Positions 25,047 to 40,100 of a stretch of 64,000 bases of DNA are shown here, one piece after another (the first letter of the stretch is position 1; each line of letters starts with the position of its first letter). The position numbers were made by a program, and so were the translations under genes. A model generated the notes under the pieces. The model did not search any database, had not been told where the DNA came from, and saw only the letters and a program-made list of their open reading frames with translations. Source of the DNA: Tubiluchus corallicola (lineage: Eukaryota; Animalia; Priapulida). The stretch is taken from positions 372,001-436,000 of the forward strand of contig JAQGDQ010000034.1 of NCBI GenBank assembly GCA_030141605.1, given 5' to 3'.

Positions 25047-26984
25047 TTTTGAGTGTTAGACTTTTTTGGAATTGAAGTTTAAGCATTTGACTTAAACTTC
25101 AAGTATTTTCGTTATTTATGTAAATATATCAAAGCACAGAGTAAACTAAAGATGTTGAGTCTTAAGGCTACTATGGTCGTTTGCATATCGCTAAATTTCA
25201 TTGAATGAGAACCGAAATAAGTTTATTAGAAACATTAGTGACCCGTATCCAAAAATTTACCAGAGCAAGAGGTAGACAACTTAATTGAATATAATCTCGA
25301 TACAATTATTTTACGTTAATACTCTGAAATTTCGCCGAAGGTGCTGATTATTATATTTGATATATTTATTTGATATGTTTATTGGGCAAATATTAATACA
25401 AATTGTTACAGTCGTTTACGTAACACACGCGCTCGCGAAAGTACAATTAAAGTATTTATGGAAAAGAACAAAATATTTACACATTTACAAATATAAGACG
25501 ACATCACATATTGATGTATAAAACCTATATAACATGAAAATAATATAAACACAGAATTTAGGATATTATAAATTTTCAATCGAGACATTCCTAACCCCAG
25601 GATCAAAAGCGTCAAATGATGCAATGTACATGTCAGGATGTACATGCAAATGCTGAGAGAATCAGATAGAATCAATGCAGTTAAGCGGATAAATGTGTTC
25701 CTACAATAATGATTGTAAACGCCATGCAAGTGTACGAATCATATTTACACAGTGAGCATTGTGGGTCATGGAAGACACTGATCAAGTATAGGCGTACGAG
25801 GCGGGGGGTCAAGGGGGGTTGCCCTCCCAGGGCAAATGAATTGTACATTTTCAAGGCAAAAGCTGATTCAAGGTTCAAGATTGTTTGTTTCAAATATTCC
25901 AGGGCAAATAATTCTATTTTAAATTTTCAAGATTTAATATTTCTATATTCAAAAGCTACTTATGATTAGACCTATCTCTTTTCAATGGCTCTGGTTGCAA
26001 CTAAAGTGTTTAAAGTGTTAAAAAGTACGACCAATTGTTTTTAACATTTAATAACTATAAAGTTATAAAAGTGCTTGCTATCAATTTTAGCTCACTAAAC
26101 CTCATCATAATTCATTTTTACATTTGTTAACTACATTCTTCTCAATGTACTGGCAAAGATTTAGACATGTTCGTAAAAGGAAAACATTAACCCTCGCCGT
26201 TATTTTTTTTTAATTTCTGAAACGTTGGAAAAATATTGTAAACGTATTTGCATTTTTGTTCAGTGAAGATGCAAACGTTTGGTTTGTGTCTTGTTAGACT
26301 CGTGATTTTTTGGCAGCTTGCTAACAGTAGTTTCATTTAGACCTCTCTGTTAACCATCCTATTGAAGGATGCGGGTAGGTGTGCCTCCTCCAAAGTACTG
26401 ATTCACAAAAAATTTGCTGAAAGGAATCGCCATCTGTCCTCGTGCTTGAAGGAAGGTCAAACACAATAGTGGATTACATTAGTTGCTGCTGTAAGTCAAC
26501 ATTTAGACTAGCACGCACAGAGTTCTTAAAATACAGGAGTAGGGAATACTAAGAGAATCCAATGAGAGCATGAATACAGTAACGATGATGCAGATGATGA
26601 TGAATAAGCAGTTGATACGCGTGAACAGTGGTCATAATTATAGTAACTGCTTCTGCTTAAATTAACGAGCAATTTTGTATGCCATTTGACATCAATAATT
26701 AAGCACAGTTGCTTATTATAAATATATAAGTGTGTTTCACAACATGATCAAGTTAATTTACACAAGCGCTCTGCGTGGCTTATAGGACCTAGTAGCCATC
26801 TTGGATTTAATTCCATGGTTACAATTCATTCATATTACACAAAAAGAGAAAAACACACCTTCAGCATCATTACAAAACAAACCATTTGGCTAAAAGAGCT
26901 CTGGCGACTCGGGTGCTCGTTTGACAGCTGAAATCTAAATTAAATGCATGAATAAAACATGAAAATTACAATTTGCACTTTTTT

Positions 26985-27480
26985 GTCGGCCATCTTGGAT
27001 AATATATTTCAGCTTTCTTTTCATCTAGATGCCATCACAAACATTTACGTATATTATAAGCTTTGTCTTCTGGCACAACAAGCTTAAATTGGCGATAACA
27101 TTAAGTTGGTTTACAGGAAAAAGAGACACAATAATGTAAATGTTTTCATTCAAAGCTTTTCAAAGCTGGCACTGGTTAAACGCTGAATCAGCATTTCAAA
27201 ATTACATGGAAAGTGCAAAAAACTATTGTAGGCCTAGATGTAATAAAACAGGGTCGTGCAGTTAATAGCCTGACCTATATCGATCTCCGAATCTTTTAGA
27301 CACTGTAGGCCGAATTCAGGCCTGTTGTTTTACTGTGGAAACAAATACGATTTGAAACGTACTGGAAGAAAAAACAGCAGCGTGAACTGAACAGGACAGG
27401 AAAGCGTTCCTAGAGTTGTGCTTATGTCAGAAATTATAGTGTCCTAACTTCTTCCTAATGGTGCTAATAAAGACTATACT
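26985..27480 (+). repeat. Dispersed repeat copy 1 (about 500 bp); copy 2 at 30905-31410
   Basis: Colinear matches: gccatmttggat..tatttcagct..tagatgcc..acaagctt..tacaggaaaa..ctgaatcag..atcgat..aggcct..actggaagaa..acagcagcgtgaactga.caggacag. Confidence 0.75.
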
Positions 27481-27560
27481 AAATGGACTGGCACCTGCAA
27501 TAGCAGAGGCTTTCTACGGCAGGAATAGATAGCAAATGTCACGTTGCTACACTCGACAAA

Positions 27561-28131
27561 AAATACTGGTTATGCACATGCACGTAAGTACTTCAAATAC
27601 TGGTTATGCACATGCTCATAAGTACTTCAAATACTGGTTATGCACATGCACGTAAGTACTTCAAATACTGGTTATGCACATGCACATAAGTACTTCAAAT
27701 ACTGGTTATGCACATGCTCATAAGTACTTCAAATACTGATTATGCACATGCACTTAAGTATTTCAAATACTGGTTATGCACATGCACGTAATTACGTCAA
27801 ATACTAGTTATGCACATGCACGTAATTACTTCAAATACTGGTTATGCACATGTACGTAATTACTTCAAATACTGGTTATGCACATGCACGTAAGTACTTC
27901 AAATACTGGTTATGCACATGCTCATAAGTACTTCAAATACTGGTTATGCACATGCACGTAAGTACTTCAAATACTGGTTATGCACATGCACATAAGTACT
28001 TCAAATACTGGTTATGCACATGCACGTAAGTACTTCAAATACTGATTATGCACATGCACTTAAGTATTTCAAATACTGGTTATGCACATGCACGTAATTA
28101 CTTCAAATACTGGTTATGCACATGCACGTAA

Positions 28132-28134
<3 letters not shown>
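27561..28134. repeat. 34-bp minisatellite, about 17 copies
   Basis: Unit aaatactggttatgcacatgcacgtaagtacttc, head to tail without spacers. Confidence 0.95.
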
Positions 28135-28292
<158 letters not shown>

Positions 28293-30904
28293 AATAAGAT
28301 ATATTAATTTTTTTATTTTAAGATTACATTAGACAAATATAGTTACTATTTGGTAATAAATTAACAAAATGTTTGGGCAGTTATAAAGTTTTACAATAAG
28401 TGCTACAGATAAAATAAGGTCTTCATTTAGACTTGGAGTGAGAAAAGAGGTTTATCCATCAACGACACGTAGCCTGAAATATTAACGCTTTTCTGACGCT
28501 AATTGCTGCTTTAATTAACTACATAACTGAATTAATAAAGCCAGTCATTAATAAATCATAGGCCTCTGCTTCACAGAGCGTGAAATAGCTAATTGGACCG
28601 GTTTTCTCAATTCCTAATAACCTACAAAATTGGGGCAGTAAGGTTTCCGTCACAACATTTTCCCCCAGTCACGTGATATCTTCTCCTCTTCATGCATATC
28701 GGATAGCGTCCGTAATAATTTAGATGGTAAATTCTGTCGTCCATAAGTTTTACTTAAAACAGGCGTCATATTAAGCAGAACTTATGATCAGGTTGGGAAA
28801 TTTGTGAGTCGCCGGGACGTGACAGCTGAGACAAACGTGCTTTTGCAAAACCTGAGACAAATTAGTGCTTCTCTTTCTGAAAAACAGTAGCATCGCCATT
28901 ACGTGTAAACAAAAAATGACTGCTCACAAAGTCCTATAAATCTTGATTAGACCAACTGATACTTGTTTAACCCTCGGCTAGCTTGAATCTGGCACTAGGT
29001 GTGAGAGCCTTCGTAATGCTGATTTATAGGTGTCGGGACCGGCATCTGTCTCATTGTTGAGGCTAATCTAAGATGATACACTAAACCAGCAAAATGTCTC
29101 CGCCACCTTCTGGCATCAGAGATAATAAAAATAATAAATAAACCAACATTGGTGTCTTAGCTATGGCCACATGAAGGACTGGACTATGTCATAGACTAGT
29201 ATAGGCTGCAACCTAGGAAGCTTGAGGACCCTTCAACTTTCGTAACATTTGGTAAAAAATCTGTTGCGAGTCCAAAGTAACTATTTCGCCTCCACCATTC
29301 AACACTCTGACTACCAAACTAGTCTCTTAGCGGCTTCAATATGGCTTGACTTCGGTCGCAGAGCACCCACCAAAAATTCGTAATTCATCTGGTGTGCTTG
29401 GACGGTGCTTCAAAACTCACTGTCTGACCAATTTCAAATTTAGCATAACGATAGTTATACAACGCCGTAACATAATTAACAACGCCAAAACTGCTTAAGA
29501 AGTGGATGGGTGATGCCAGGACAACTGCTTCAGGGCGGTTACTTTATACTCGTACAGGCTTCGCCTGCGCGTCGTCTCAGGAGATTTTCTTAATCAAGTT
29601 GGACATTGGACTGTGTCCGATCTCGCTACACTGTTCAAAATTAGTATTAAACTATGCGGCGGAGTGCTGGATGCAAGCTGTCTGTGAAGCCAAACTATAT
29701 AAAAACACATTAAGCGTTCAAAGTAAAACAGCCAGAGTGGGAGTTTATCAGGATAGGTGATTTTTATTCGTATTAATGCTAAGTAAGCAGACTCGCTAAA
29801 CTATAAATATCAAGGAGATTTACGATTAGCTAACGTTAACAAATCTCTGGAAAATCTCATGGTTTTGTGGCTGACGTTGGTTTAAGTCTTTAGACGAAAT
29901 CGTTAAATCATTAATTGTAGGCTAGTACAGTAGCAGAACTATTGATCGCTCATATTCTTCCATGTTTTAACTGTTGGTGTCTAGTTTTTTCGGACATCCA
30001 TGCATTAAAAAGCTAACTGACGCCCGAATAGGCTTTTTACCTTGGGATAATGCAGAGTGATTATCAGTGATAATTATCTTAATCTATTGCTAAAGCATAG
30101 CTGTTCGGAATATTTAACGTAAACACTCGCACCTCAATCAGTTACTTATTCAGTCTTTTAATATTTCATAATAGGTCATCTGGCGAGATCATTGTCAAGC
30201 TTCAGTTGGCCACATCATTGATCATAATTATCCCTACGCTCTGTAGCAATTTTGCCATATTTTGTCACGAAGCACTGATTGTGTGCTGCCTCCTAGAATG
30301 GAATATGCACCTAGATTTTCCTTACTCCCGTTGCAATAAAACTTGTTACAAGTGAGTTGAGTACTGAGTATTTTCGCCTTTAAGGCATTGAGTCATCACC
30401 ACGATCACCACCACCACCACCACCACCACCACCATCACCACCATCATCATCATCATCGTAATCTCTAGTACTCGGATCTTGATTTTTCACAAAAGTTTGC
30501 TGTCCCAATTATTGTCTTATTCATTGGTTTTGCTCTCTGCTCAATCGTTTGTTTGTTTGCTCGTTATTTTTCGCTTGATTACTCATCTGCAGTTTTTGCA
30601 ATTTTTTGTTCTTGTAGTTTTCAGCTTTGGCTTCAACATTTCATTGTTCACAAAATTAATAAGAAGTTGTTTTCACGCTGATGCAAGTTGTTTTATTTTT
30701 GCCAAACTTGATAACTTTTCATTGCGTATAATTAGTGTAATTTTGCCCAAGCTGAAACATTTGTCAAATTAAAAAAGTTGACTGCACTTGTACCGTTACA
30801 GTTTAACCCAATCCTGTACTTTGTAGACTATTCCGATAAACTAGTACTTAATTGGTGTAAGTGTTTTCAAACGACATCAAGTGCATGAAAAATTTGCGTT
30901 CTTT

Positions 30905-31410
30905 ATCAGCCATATTGGATGTTATATTTCAGCTATTTTTCATTTAGATGCCGTCACAAAGGTATACATACACTATAAGCTTTATATTCTGTCAAAACAA
31001 GCTTGATTTGGTAATAATATTAAGCTGGTGTACAGGAAAAGCCCAATACAACAAGTTATTTGTTATTTGCAGCCATTCTGGATTTTTTCCATTGAAAAAA
31101 CTGAACTTTTAGAAGCTGACATTCGTTAGATTCTGAATCAGTCATCTCAAAATTGCACGGCAAAGGCAAAAAACATTGTATATGTAACAAAACATCACAC
31201 AATCCCCAGCTGGACTCACATCGATTTCTGGATCTTTTAGACGTTGCAGACCGAATCCAGGCCTATTGTTTTATTGTGGAAACAGCCTAGATGTAGAACT
31301 TACTGGAAGAAGAACAGCAGCGTGAACTGAGCAGGACAGAAAAGCATTCATCAAGTTGTGGTCAAACCATTGATAATAGTGCTTTAGCTATTTCCTGATG
31401 ATGCAAATGA
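30905..31410 (+). repeat. Dispersed repeat copy 2 (see 26985-27480)
   Basis: Diverged direct copy, same orientation. Confidence 0.75.
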
Positions 31411-32346
31411 GCCATGCTGTTAGGTTAGACTTGCGTGGTAAAGTGATTAGCATTTTTATCAATATCTAGCAACTTCAAAAGAAATTTAAACAGTTTTTTG
31501 CTGAATGTTTGCTCAGTTGCCATATCGCTGCAGAGGTTCGTTTGACGAAATATGCTCATTTTTACATCTTTCATTAGGCGTAATTCAACTAGAATGTTCA
31601 GCTTGGCTGCATTTCGTCGTGCTGCTACAGTTGTTAATCAAAAATTAGAAACGGCATCACGCAGAGAGAAATTTAATTCTGCTGTGTGTACTCACTAATC
31701 TTCCCTGAAGCAGTTTGAACATATTAGAACGAGCTCTTTTGATGGCCTCGCTGCCAGTAGGAACGATTCTTTTCTCCAGGCACAAGCGTTTGTTACGTTC
31801 CATAAACCAATTTAATAGGATTTTCGCAATTTAAAATAAACGAACTTGGAGGAAGCGGCGAGTTGCTTATTTGAAGTTCCTGGTATCGAAATTGCAGAAA
31901 ACCATTTAAGCTTTAGACGAAATTAATTGAAAAGACACAGTGAAACAGTTGAATGGCTCTTCCTCCACAGTGGCTTATATTCTTACTGTACGTTATTTTC
32001 GTAACAGACATTTAGTTTTGTAATCGTACAGGATACGGTTGAACATTTTGATAGGTGGGTGGTACAAAGGTCTTGTGTTAAATACTTGATAATGATTTCC
32101 GCCATACGGCGCAGCTGAAAATTTATTTCTGAATCAACAACTATTTATTATAAATTATAAATATAACGAGGGAGTGCAAAATGTGATCACCATGCATAAT
32201 TCATCTGTAATGCATTAATACATTAGTCTATATATATATATAAAATGTAAGTTTATGTACCTGCGGGTTTCGTTGCCGAAATGAAAGGTTATTGACCAAA
32301 TTTGGAAAAGAATATATATTCTGAAATTGAGAAAAAGAAACATTAT

Positions 32347-32357
32347 AATGATGACGG

Positions 32358-32446
<89 letters not shown>

Positions 32447-32470
32447 CCGGTGGCGGTGATGATGATGATT
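32347..32470. repeat. (GAT)n microsatellite
   Basis: Direct reading. Confidence 0.95.
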
Positions 32471-32940
32471 CTTTTACATGCCAAAAACAAATAGACATGA
32501 ATGTTGATGACTCACATACTGAAGCCCTGCTTATAGTGTTAAAAATAAGTGTTGCTATATTACCTAGCAACTGTGAGCTTCTACATTTAATACGATTAAA
32601 TTTTATTATTCTTTTAGTTCTTATATTATTTTAGTGAATTTGCTTAAAAGAAAACCGGATGATTGTGTAAACACGAGTTCAGAATAAAGAATGCTCTAAA
32701 ATATTGAAAACTACAATAGCTTTTTTTAATCAAAACTTAGATTAAAATTTAATAATAATTACTTCGGATACTTAAATTTTGTTAAACTTTCAAACCCACG
32801 CGCGGCTCAGTGAATCTACAAAGACTAGCAACGGCGCCTTTTTGTCACACGGGCACGGCTGAGAAATAGAAGGCGGTACCGTGATAACCATGATCATGAA
32901 CTGCAGTGTTAGTTTCTGACGTCATATGACGTTAGAGCCG

Positions 32941-33583
32941 GGTAGTGTAGTGTAGTGTAGTGTAGTGTAGTGTAGTGTAGTGTAGTGTAGTGTAGTGTAG
33001 TGTAGTGTAGTGTAGTGTAGTGTAGTGTAGTGTAGTGTAGTGTAGTGTAGTGTAGTGTAGGGTAGGGTAGGGTAGGGTAGGGTAGGGTAGGGTAGGGTAG
33101 GGTAGGATAGGGTAGGGTAGGGTAGGGTAGGGTAGGGCAGCGTAGCGTATCATAGTGTAGCGCAGTGTAGTGTAGTGTAGTGTAGTGTAGTGTAGTGTAG
33201 TGTAGTGTAGTGTAGTGTAGTGTAGTGTAGTGTAGTGTAGTGTAGTGTAGTGTAGTGTAGTGTAGGGTAGGGTAGGGTAGGGTAGGGTAGGATAGGGTAG
33301 GGTAGGGTAGGGTAGGGCAGCGTAGCGTATCATAGTGTAGCGCAGTGTAGTGTAGTGTAGCGTAGCGTAGTGCAGTGTAGTGTAGTGTAGTGTAGTGTAG
33401 TGTAGTGTAGTGTAGTGTAGTGTAGTGTAGTGTAGTGTAGTGTAGTGTAGTGTAGTGTAGTGTAGTGTAGTGCAGTGTAGTGTAGTGTAGTGTAGTGTAG
33501 GGTAGGGTAGGGTAGGGTAGGGTAGGGCAGCATATCGTAGCATAGTGTAGCGCAGTGTAGTGTAGTGTCGTGTAGTGTAGTGT
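32941..33583. repeat. Compound pentanucleotide satellite (GTGTA)n/(GGGTA)n in three higher-order blocks
   Basis: Each block ends in ggcagc..catagtgtagcgca (near 33136, 33316 and 33526). Confidence 0.95.
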
Positions 33584-34239
33584 TTTTAGCTATCTTTGCA
33601 TTACGTATAACATTTCATGCACTGAAATAAATTATTAAACTAATGTGTGTAAATCAGTACAGCAACGAAAACAATTGTTTATGGCTTCAGACAACGATAT
33701 TTATCTTTTTCCAAGAAATGTTCTTATTATTTTATCACGTTATCTTGGATGACACGCACTGACTTCCTTTCCAGTAATAAATATTTTGACAAAAGCATCC
33801 TCCTCAATATTTCGGCGACCCTCTTTTCTGCTAATTGATCTCTTGACAAAACAATATAATTTTACCTGATTGTATCACCTTTTCCACGACATAGTCTAGA
33901 ACAGGTGCAACTGCTTCGCTTTAACTGTTCCTCTACAGCTCTGCGTCAATGATTTCTCAGAATTGTGTAATTGCATTTAATTCAGGAAATTCCCTATTCA
34001 ACTTTCTGTTATAAAAAATGCTATTAGCATCCAAAATAATTTTAGAACAGCATAATCCTTTATCAATTTACGATTGCCTAAAATTGGATCACCGAAAGGG
34101 TATGGTACAGCTGAATGTGAATTGTGTTTGTATGAAGAAGGCTGGTCAACTGCTTGTTGTGCACTACCTTATTGCTGCCACGAAAATACTCAGCCTTCGA
34201 TGATGTCACGTATGACGTCATGAAAACAGCGACTGGTTC

Positions 34240-35340
34240 CATCTTATTCCCCGCGAGAGAAATTCTAAAACAAATTTGCGGTCTGCCAACTATCGACCTT
34301 ACCGCTTGAATTATAGGAGTAAAATTTTTCTTAAAGGTTCTAAGTGGTAGTGCTAATCATAGCCTTAGAAACCATATTACAGAAAAAATGTGTAGTGTAG
34401 CATCAACCCCACAGGACCGGAAATATCTACTTCGACTACATATGAGCAACGTACGTGACTTCTTGAAAGTCACTAAAAATATTGATATTCGCTCCGAACG
34501 TGTGGCAGAGTTACATCACAGCGTGCTTCACTATCGTCAAAATGATATACAATCCTATTTAAACATGAAATGGAGTAAAAAACTAAAAACTAATTCTCAA
34601 CTACGTGGGGAAACTACAGCCAATTTGTCGCATAAAAATTTAGATCAGACCCTTACTTTAAAAGTTGGAACATCCGAAAGAAGAGTAGAAGTAGCAGCAG
34701 TGAGGTTATTGACTGGACAGGGAAATTTCAATGTATTGATGAGTCATATTGGACTTACTAGAGATGAGCTTTGTGAATGTGGCATGAAAGCCCAGAATCC
34801 AGAACACTTGATATACCGATGTCCTCGAGTCGACGCAAATAGGCGAAATGTACTACTAAACGAACTGGGAAGTGAGAATTTAAATCTTATGTAATGGACC
34901 AAAAATGAAAATTTAATATCGGCACTAACCTACTTTGTAAAGGACCCTTTTATTTTAAGATCCTGCTGTTAATTTTTAGTAAAATAGGGATTAAATTTCC
35001 GTAGTTCTTGAGATTACTGATAGTAACTCTTGTGGACTTAAACATTGAATTGGAATTTAATAATTTGGTATATCAATTTATCTGCATTTTTATGTCACTT
35101 CACAAGAAACTTGCTGCATTAATAACCTTGATTTTAGCACGCACTTCAATACTTCTTGTTTAATATCACTGTAAGAAATGTTATACGCACAAATTAGAAA
35201 AGCTAATTACAGAATCAGTAAATGTATTATTGTAGAATTCACCCTGTATAGCGTCTATGTAAAATTGTATAATGTTAGTACAGATATTTTTGCCTGCAAA
35301 AAGAGGCTAATAAAGACTTATCATCATCATTATCAATTAT
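34240..35340 (+). mobile_element. Degenerate 5'-truncated non-LTR retrotransposon (ORF2 C-terminus plus 3'UTR)
   Basis: RLLTGQGNFN..HIG...CECG..QNPEHLIYRC is the typical post-RT CCHC region. It ends in aataaagact(tatca)(tca)n. Confidence 0.75.
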
Positions 35341-37140
35341 ACTTATCTGTTATATGGCAATTTATATGTCAATTTGTTGCACTAACTGCCTGTGGTGTGT
35401 TACACAATGCTTGTTTACATGAATATGAACGGATACACATTTTCCGAGGAGAATATTTTTTTTTTAAATTGGGCGCCTAAAATGTGGCACTCCTCAAACG
35501 TTGGCGCCATAGGCTATAGCCTAATTAGCCTATTGGTAAATACGCTCCTGGAAATATTAGCTATAGTCTTACACTGGTAATTTGTTTATATAACTTAATC
35601 TAATCTAAAGATCACGGACTCGTTAAGGCCAAGCTCCTTATCCACGTCGCATAGCTACTACACCACACCAGGAATCATCAGGAACCTGACAACGATTCGC
35701 ATTCGGCCGCTTTTAACCGAGTAGCATTAAACTGGTTTTCAGCTACAGAATTTATAACATTTCTAATGCTACTTAACTTCCTTCAATAAAAGGGAAGATA
35801 ATTCTAATTGCTATGCTAGTATAAGTACTTATCACTATGGTCCATTACTTTTGTTGCGATAGGCCCAGGTTTCGAATCCTGGTAAACTCACATTTTTTCA
35901 GATCATTCCTTCTTCTAAATTTGGCTGTTGATTTTGTACTGATAGTTTCGTCTGTACAGAAAACTATTACTTTGTATCTAAAATTTCACAGTTTCAAAAT
36001 TTGCATGTAGCTAAACAACCCACTTTGTTGTTTAACATATTAAATTCAAGTCAACTGAAATATATGTTTTATTACACTGGCAAGCAAAGCAAGACTTAGT
36101 ACCCCAGTATTTCCAAATGTGGTTTTTTTTTGTTTACAGGAGCTAATCACCATCTAAATTGCGCAATAGTCGTTGTGCAACTCTGCTAACAAACTATCAG
36201 GAGTAATTTGGTTTTTAAACGAACTTGTAATTCTCTTTTTTGCGTGTTTATTCAACTTCCCCAATATGAACCCGCTTGTTCTCAAAACACTCAGAAATTT
36301 TCCGAGCCACCAGACAGCGTTCTTTTTTTTCTTTTTTTCTCAAGCACAAGTTCTGCTTCCACTTGCAAGTGCAACGTAAGTCCACGCTTGTTTGAGGAGA
36401 GCCATTGTAAGGAAGATAATTGGGACTAAATTATCTAACGTAATGTCATCAAAACGTAATAGAGCAACGTTTTGAGAAGCGTTTTATTATAAGACGAAAT
36501 ACGTTTTCAGGCACTTTTGGGAGAATTTTATTACGACAACAACAGCGCACTCTGACGATGATTGTGATGCCATGCGTCATCATGAAGAGGCTGTCTCTAT
36601 GGCATACACGTCCATATAAATTAGTTATTGAAGAAAGCCTTGACCAGACCGCTCGTGAAACGTGGTGGCTTCATACAAACTGCTACTGCTGAGCGGCTTC
36701 CTACAAATCTATTGATTTCATTCATCATTCTGTAGTGTAGGCTAAGGTGATAACATATCAGACGGCTTTAGAAATGTTTACTATGGTTAACATACCCCCC
36801 CCCCAGTCATTGGCCACTGAGGATTAGGAACTATTGCAGAAAAGCGAAAATAGGGTTAATTGTGCAAGTGATTTACTGATGATGGGCCGTTTCTGCATGC
36901 TCTTTTTGGGATTGTAAATTCAGGAAAACAATTTCTGGCAGACAAGTTCCACAGATAAGAAGTCCTAGAAGAAAAACCTGATTTATACAAGTAGCTGTTA
37001 TACATCTACGCAAACTTTTACAGAGCGCATTAGCCGTACAAAAAAATCAAGAATATGCATCAGTAGGGAGGCAACTAATCGTGATACACGTACGATTTTC
37101 CTCGGTTGAGCAATACAGAATATTTGTTTTGTTTTTTCAG

Positions 37141-40100
37141 ATGGCTGCAACACAAGACAACAAATGGCAGAAAGATGCCGCTGATCAAAACTTTGATTAC
37201 ATGTTTAAATTGCTCATTATTGGAAACAGCAGGTATATTGTTCCTGACAGTTTATTATGGCTTAGTGCACGCAGTGATAGGCCTCCTCCAGTAACGTAGC
37301 GTATGACATTGTTCTTCCTAGAAGCAGCTTTGCATAGTTAAATTTCAGCATCGTCGGTTGATTGATTACTTTAAGCATCCAAGCGAAAGATTAACATTTA
37401 TTTTTTAATTTCATTCAAACTTTTTATTTGTCTCTCTCTCTCAGTAGGAGTACAAAGGTATAAAATTATAGTCTGTAAATTATATTAACAAAATAGAGAC
37501 GGGTTGGCGAAGGACCACGGCTCATCGAGCAGCCACTCCTACAAAAATGACTAAGTTACCACGGCTTTTTTTAATTTAATATACGCGTACGTTATGTCAA
37601 TTACTTAAAGCAAAACCAGACCTAATCTTAAACTCTAGGTAAAAACAATCTACTCTTTAAAATATTGAAAGGGAAACACACTATTTTTACTACACAAACA
37701 TAATTTCGCATTCGCGTCACTAGTTCTTCGCTGTTGCATGCATTTCGTCATTCGCTAACTAGACGGGCACTAGGGCCTGCACTTCTCAAACGCATGACAC
37801 AAAAACAGGTAATGTACCTCTCAGTTCAGGCATGTTAGTTTCTGACGAACTACGCACGTTCGACAACTCATGCGTGAACACAGCGGTAAATTTGAATTTT
37901 TGTCTTAAAACATGCCTAGTTTTAGTACAACACGGTGAATATCTTACAGTAGCACTGTACTTCAATTTTCGCTTTCGCAAATACGTGCAGCACGCTCGTA
38001 GAATGCTTTTGATGAATAGTTTTATGATAAGTTTGATGAAACTTATGTTAGTTTGTGATGTCATCAATAGTTGGGCTCGCCCGCCGTTAATTAAGCTTTT
38101 AATCTATTATTTATTTACCAGAAACGCTTTTGCAGTATTAATTGTGTTAAAATGTATACTTTTTATCGGTCTTCAAAATGGAGTAATATATGAAAAATCA
38201 TCCTGTCTTCCTTTAATATGCTACTATGTAATGTCGATCTAGCACTGTCTGGCGAGACAATAACTAAAATTGTGCAAATGACAATAATCGAGCTACAGAT
38301 ATTTTGAAGTTTATGGTGGACAAAATGAGCAAAAGGATTATCTTAGAAGATAATGAAAATTGAAATTCCTTCAATATTTTCATTGCCCATGTAAGTACAA
38401 TGAAGTAAACAGTCAGAATAAGTATGGTGAATAACAATAATAATAACCATTATTTAACGCCTGTTTTAAATTCAACATAAGCCAGCCTTAAGGCTTTAAT
38501 CGCCGATTATAAATAACAAACTATACCTACATAAGAGAAATTATTATTACCTCACTTTTACCCTAAATATCGCGCGCAGCCAGGACAACAGTAGGTACAA
38601 TTTTTAAAGTATTTGATGTGACCTAACTGTATTATGACCTAACTACCGAACTCACGACCTCCCAGACGCCTTATCGATTATACCGTACCACCTGGCCTGT
38701 CATACCTTGAATTATGTTATACCCTTGTTGTAATCATGTTGTAACTTTGTTCACTATTCTGATGTTCTGACTACGACTACTCTGATGTTCACTTTACCTC
38801 AAATGCCTTTTGGCCCATCTATAGTCAATCTCCACTTGGTGGAATCGTATTTTTACACGGTACAGGCAAATATTTACGTAAGCATTGAAATTTTCGTCAT
38901 TATTGTTTTCATTTTGTGAGAATGGGTATTCAGCCTTTTGAACCCATGGGTAGTTAGGCTTGTACAAGTAACTGAAAAAGCACCATGGCTTAGACAAACA
39001 CAATTTGCTCTTGCGCGTTTGATGAATATATTCGTGCATCATCATTTTTACTTAAAGCAAAACCAAATCTAGTCTTAAACTGTATGTCAAAACAATCCAC
39101 TCTTTAAAATACTGAAAGGTAACACGCTATTTTTTTCAAAAATGACTTACGTGAAAGAATTGTTACCACACAAACAATTTCGTGTTCGCGTCACTATTTA
39201 CATGCAATTCGCCATTCGCTAGTTTAATTTTAATAAAGAATCCTTGGCTTAGTATCTGGTAGTGCAGTTACTCGCAGTTTTAATGGCCACCAGTAGAAGG
39301 GGTCTGATGGCACAGGTTTCAACAACAACTTCATGTAGGGACTTGTATTTACAATTTTAAATACTTGGAATTATTTTACATTTTTACCACATACATCTTG
39401 TGAACTTCTGTATGTGAGCAGCAATAACCTGATGCGAATAATAAGATTAGCATTTACTATTTCACTTGAAACGCGGACTTCATTAATATTCCGTGGGTTG
39501 ATCGTACGTCACGGTCTCACGACACCTTTTATTCTCTAGCGTTGGAAAGACGTCGTTCCTGTTTCGCTATGCTGACGACTCGTTCACTTCAGCGTTTGTT
39601 AGCACCGTCGGAATCGACTTCAAGGTTAAAACTGTCTTTCGTAACGACAAACGTGTCAAGCTGCAGATATGGGTATGTCATTCACGCTCTGTAACAACTG
39701 CTTTTTACTAGCGCAGGCATAGACAATTAATGCAAATCTGCACGCGCTTGAACTATTCTCGTTGCTATTATTTTCCTAATATTTATGTCCGGTTGGGGAT
39801 CTTTTTGCCGTTGTAAAATTAGTAATTGTTCATAATCGAACTATGGTGCAGATCAGTGAGGCCCTATCCACTCCAGCCATATTTGAGGCTTCACTTCGTT
39901 GAAATCACTTCTTACTTGTTTTTTTCTTTTTTATGTCATCACACTTTTCTATCTATATAATTGTTATGTACTTGGCAAGGCCATATTGCAAGTGTCTTGT
40001 CTGGCTCACTCGAAAGATTGTCGATAAATTCTTATTCTGAATTGAACTGGAAAGTCTGTGCCATTTCACAGACAGTAAATGAAAAAACTAATTCCTCGGT

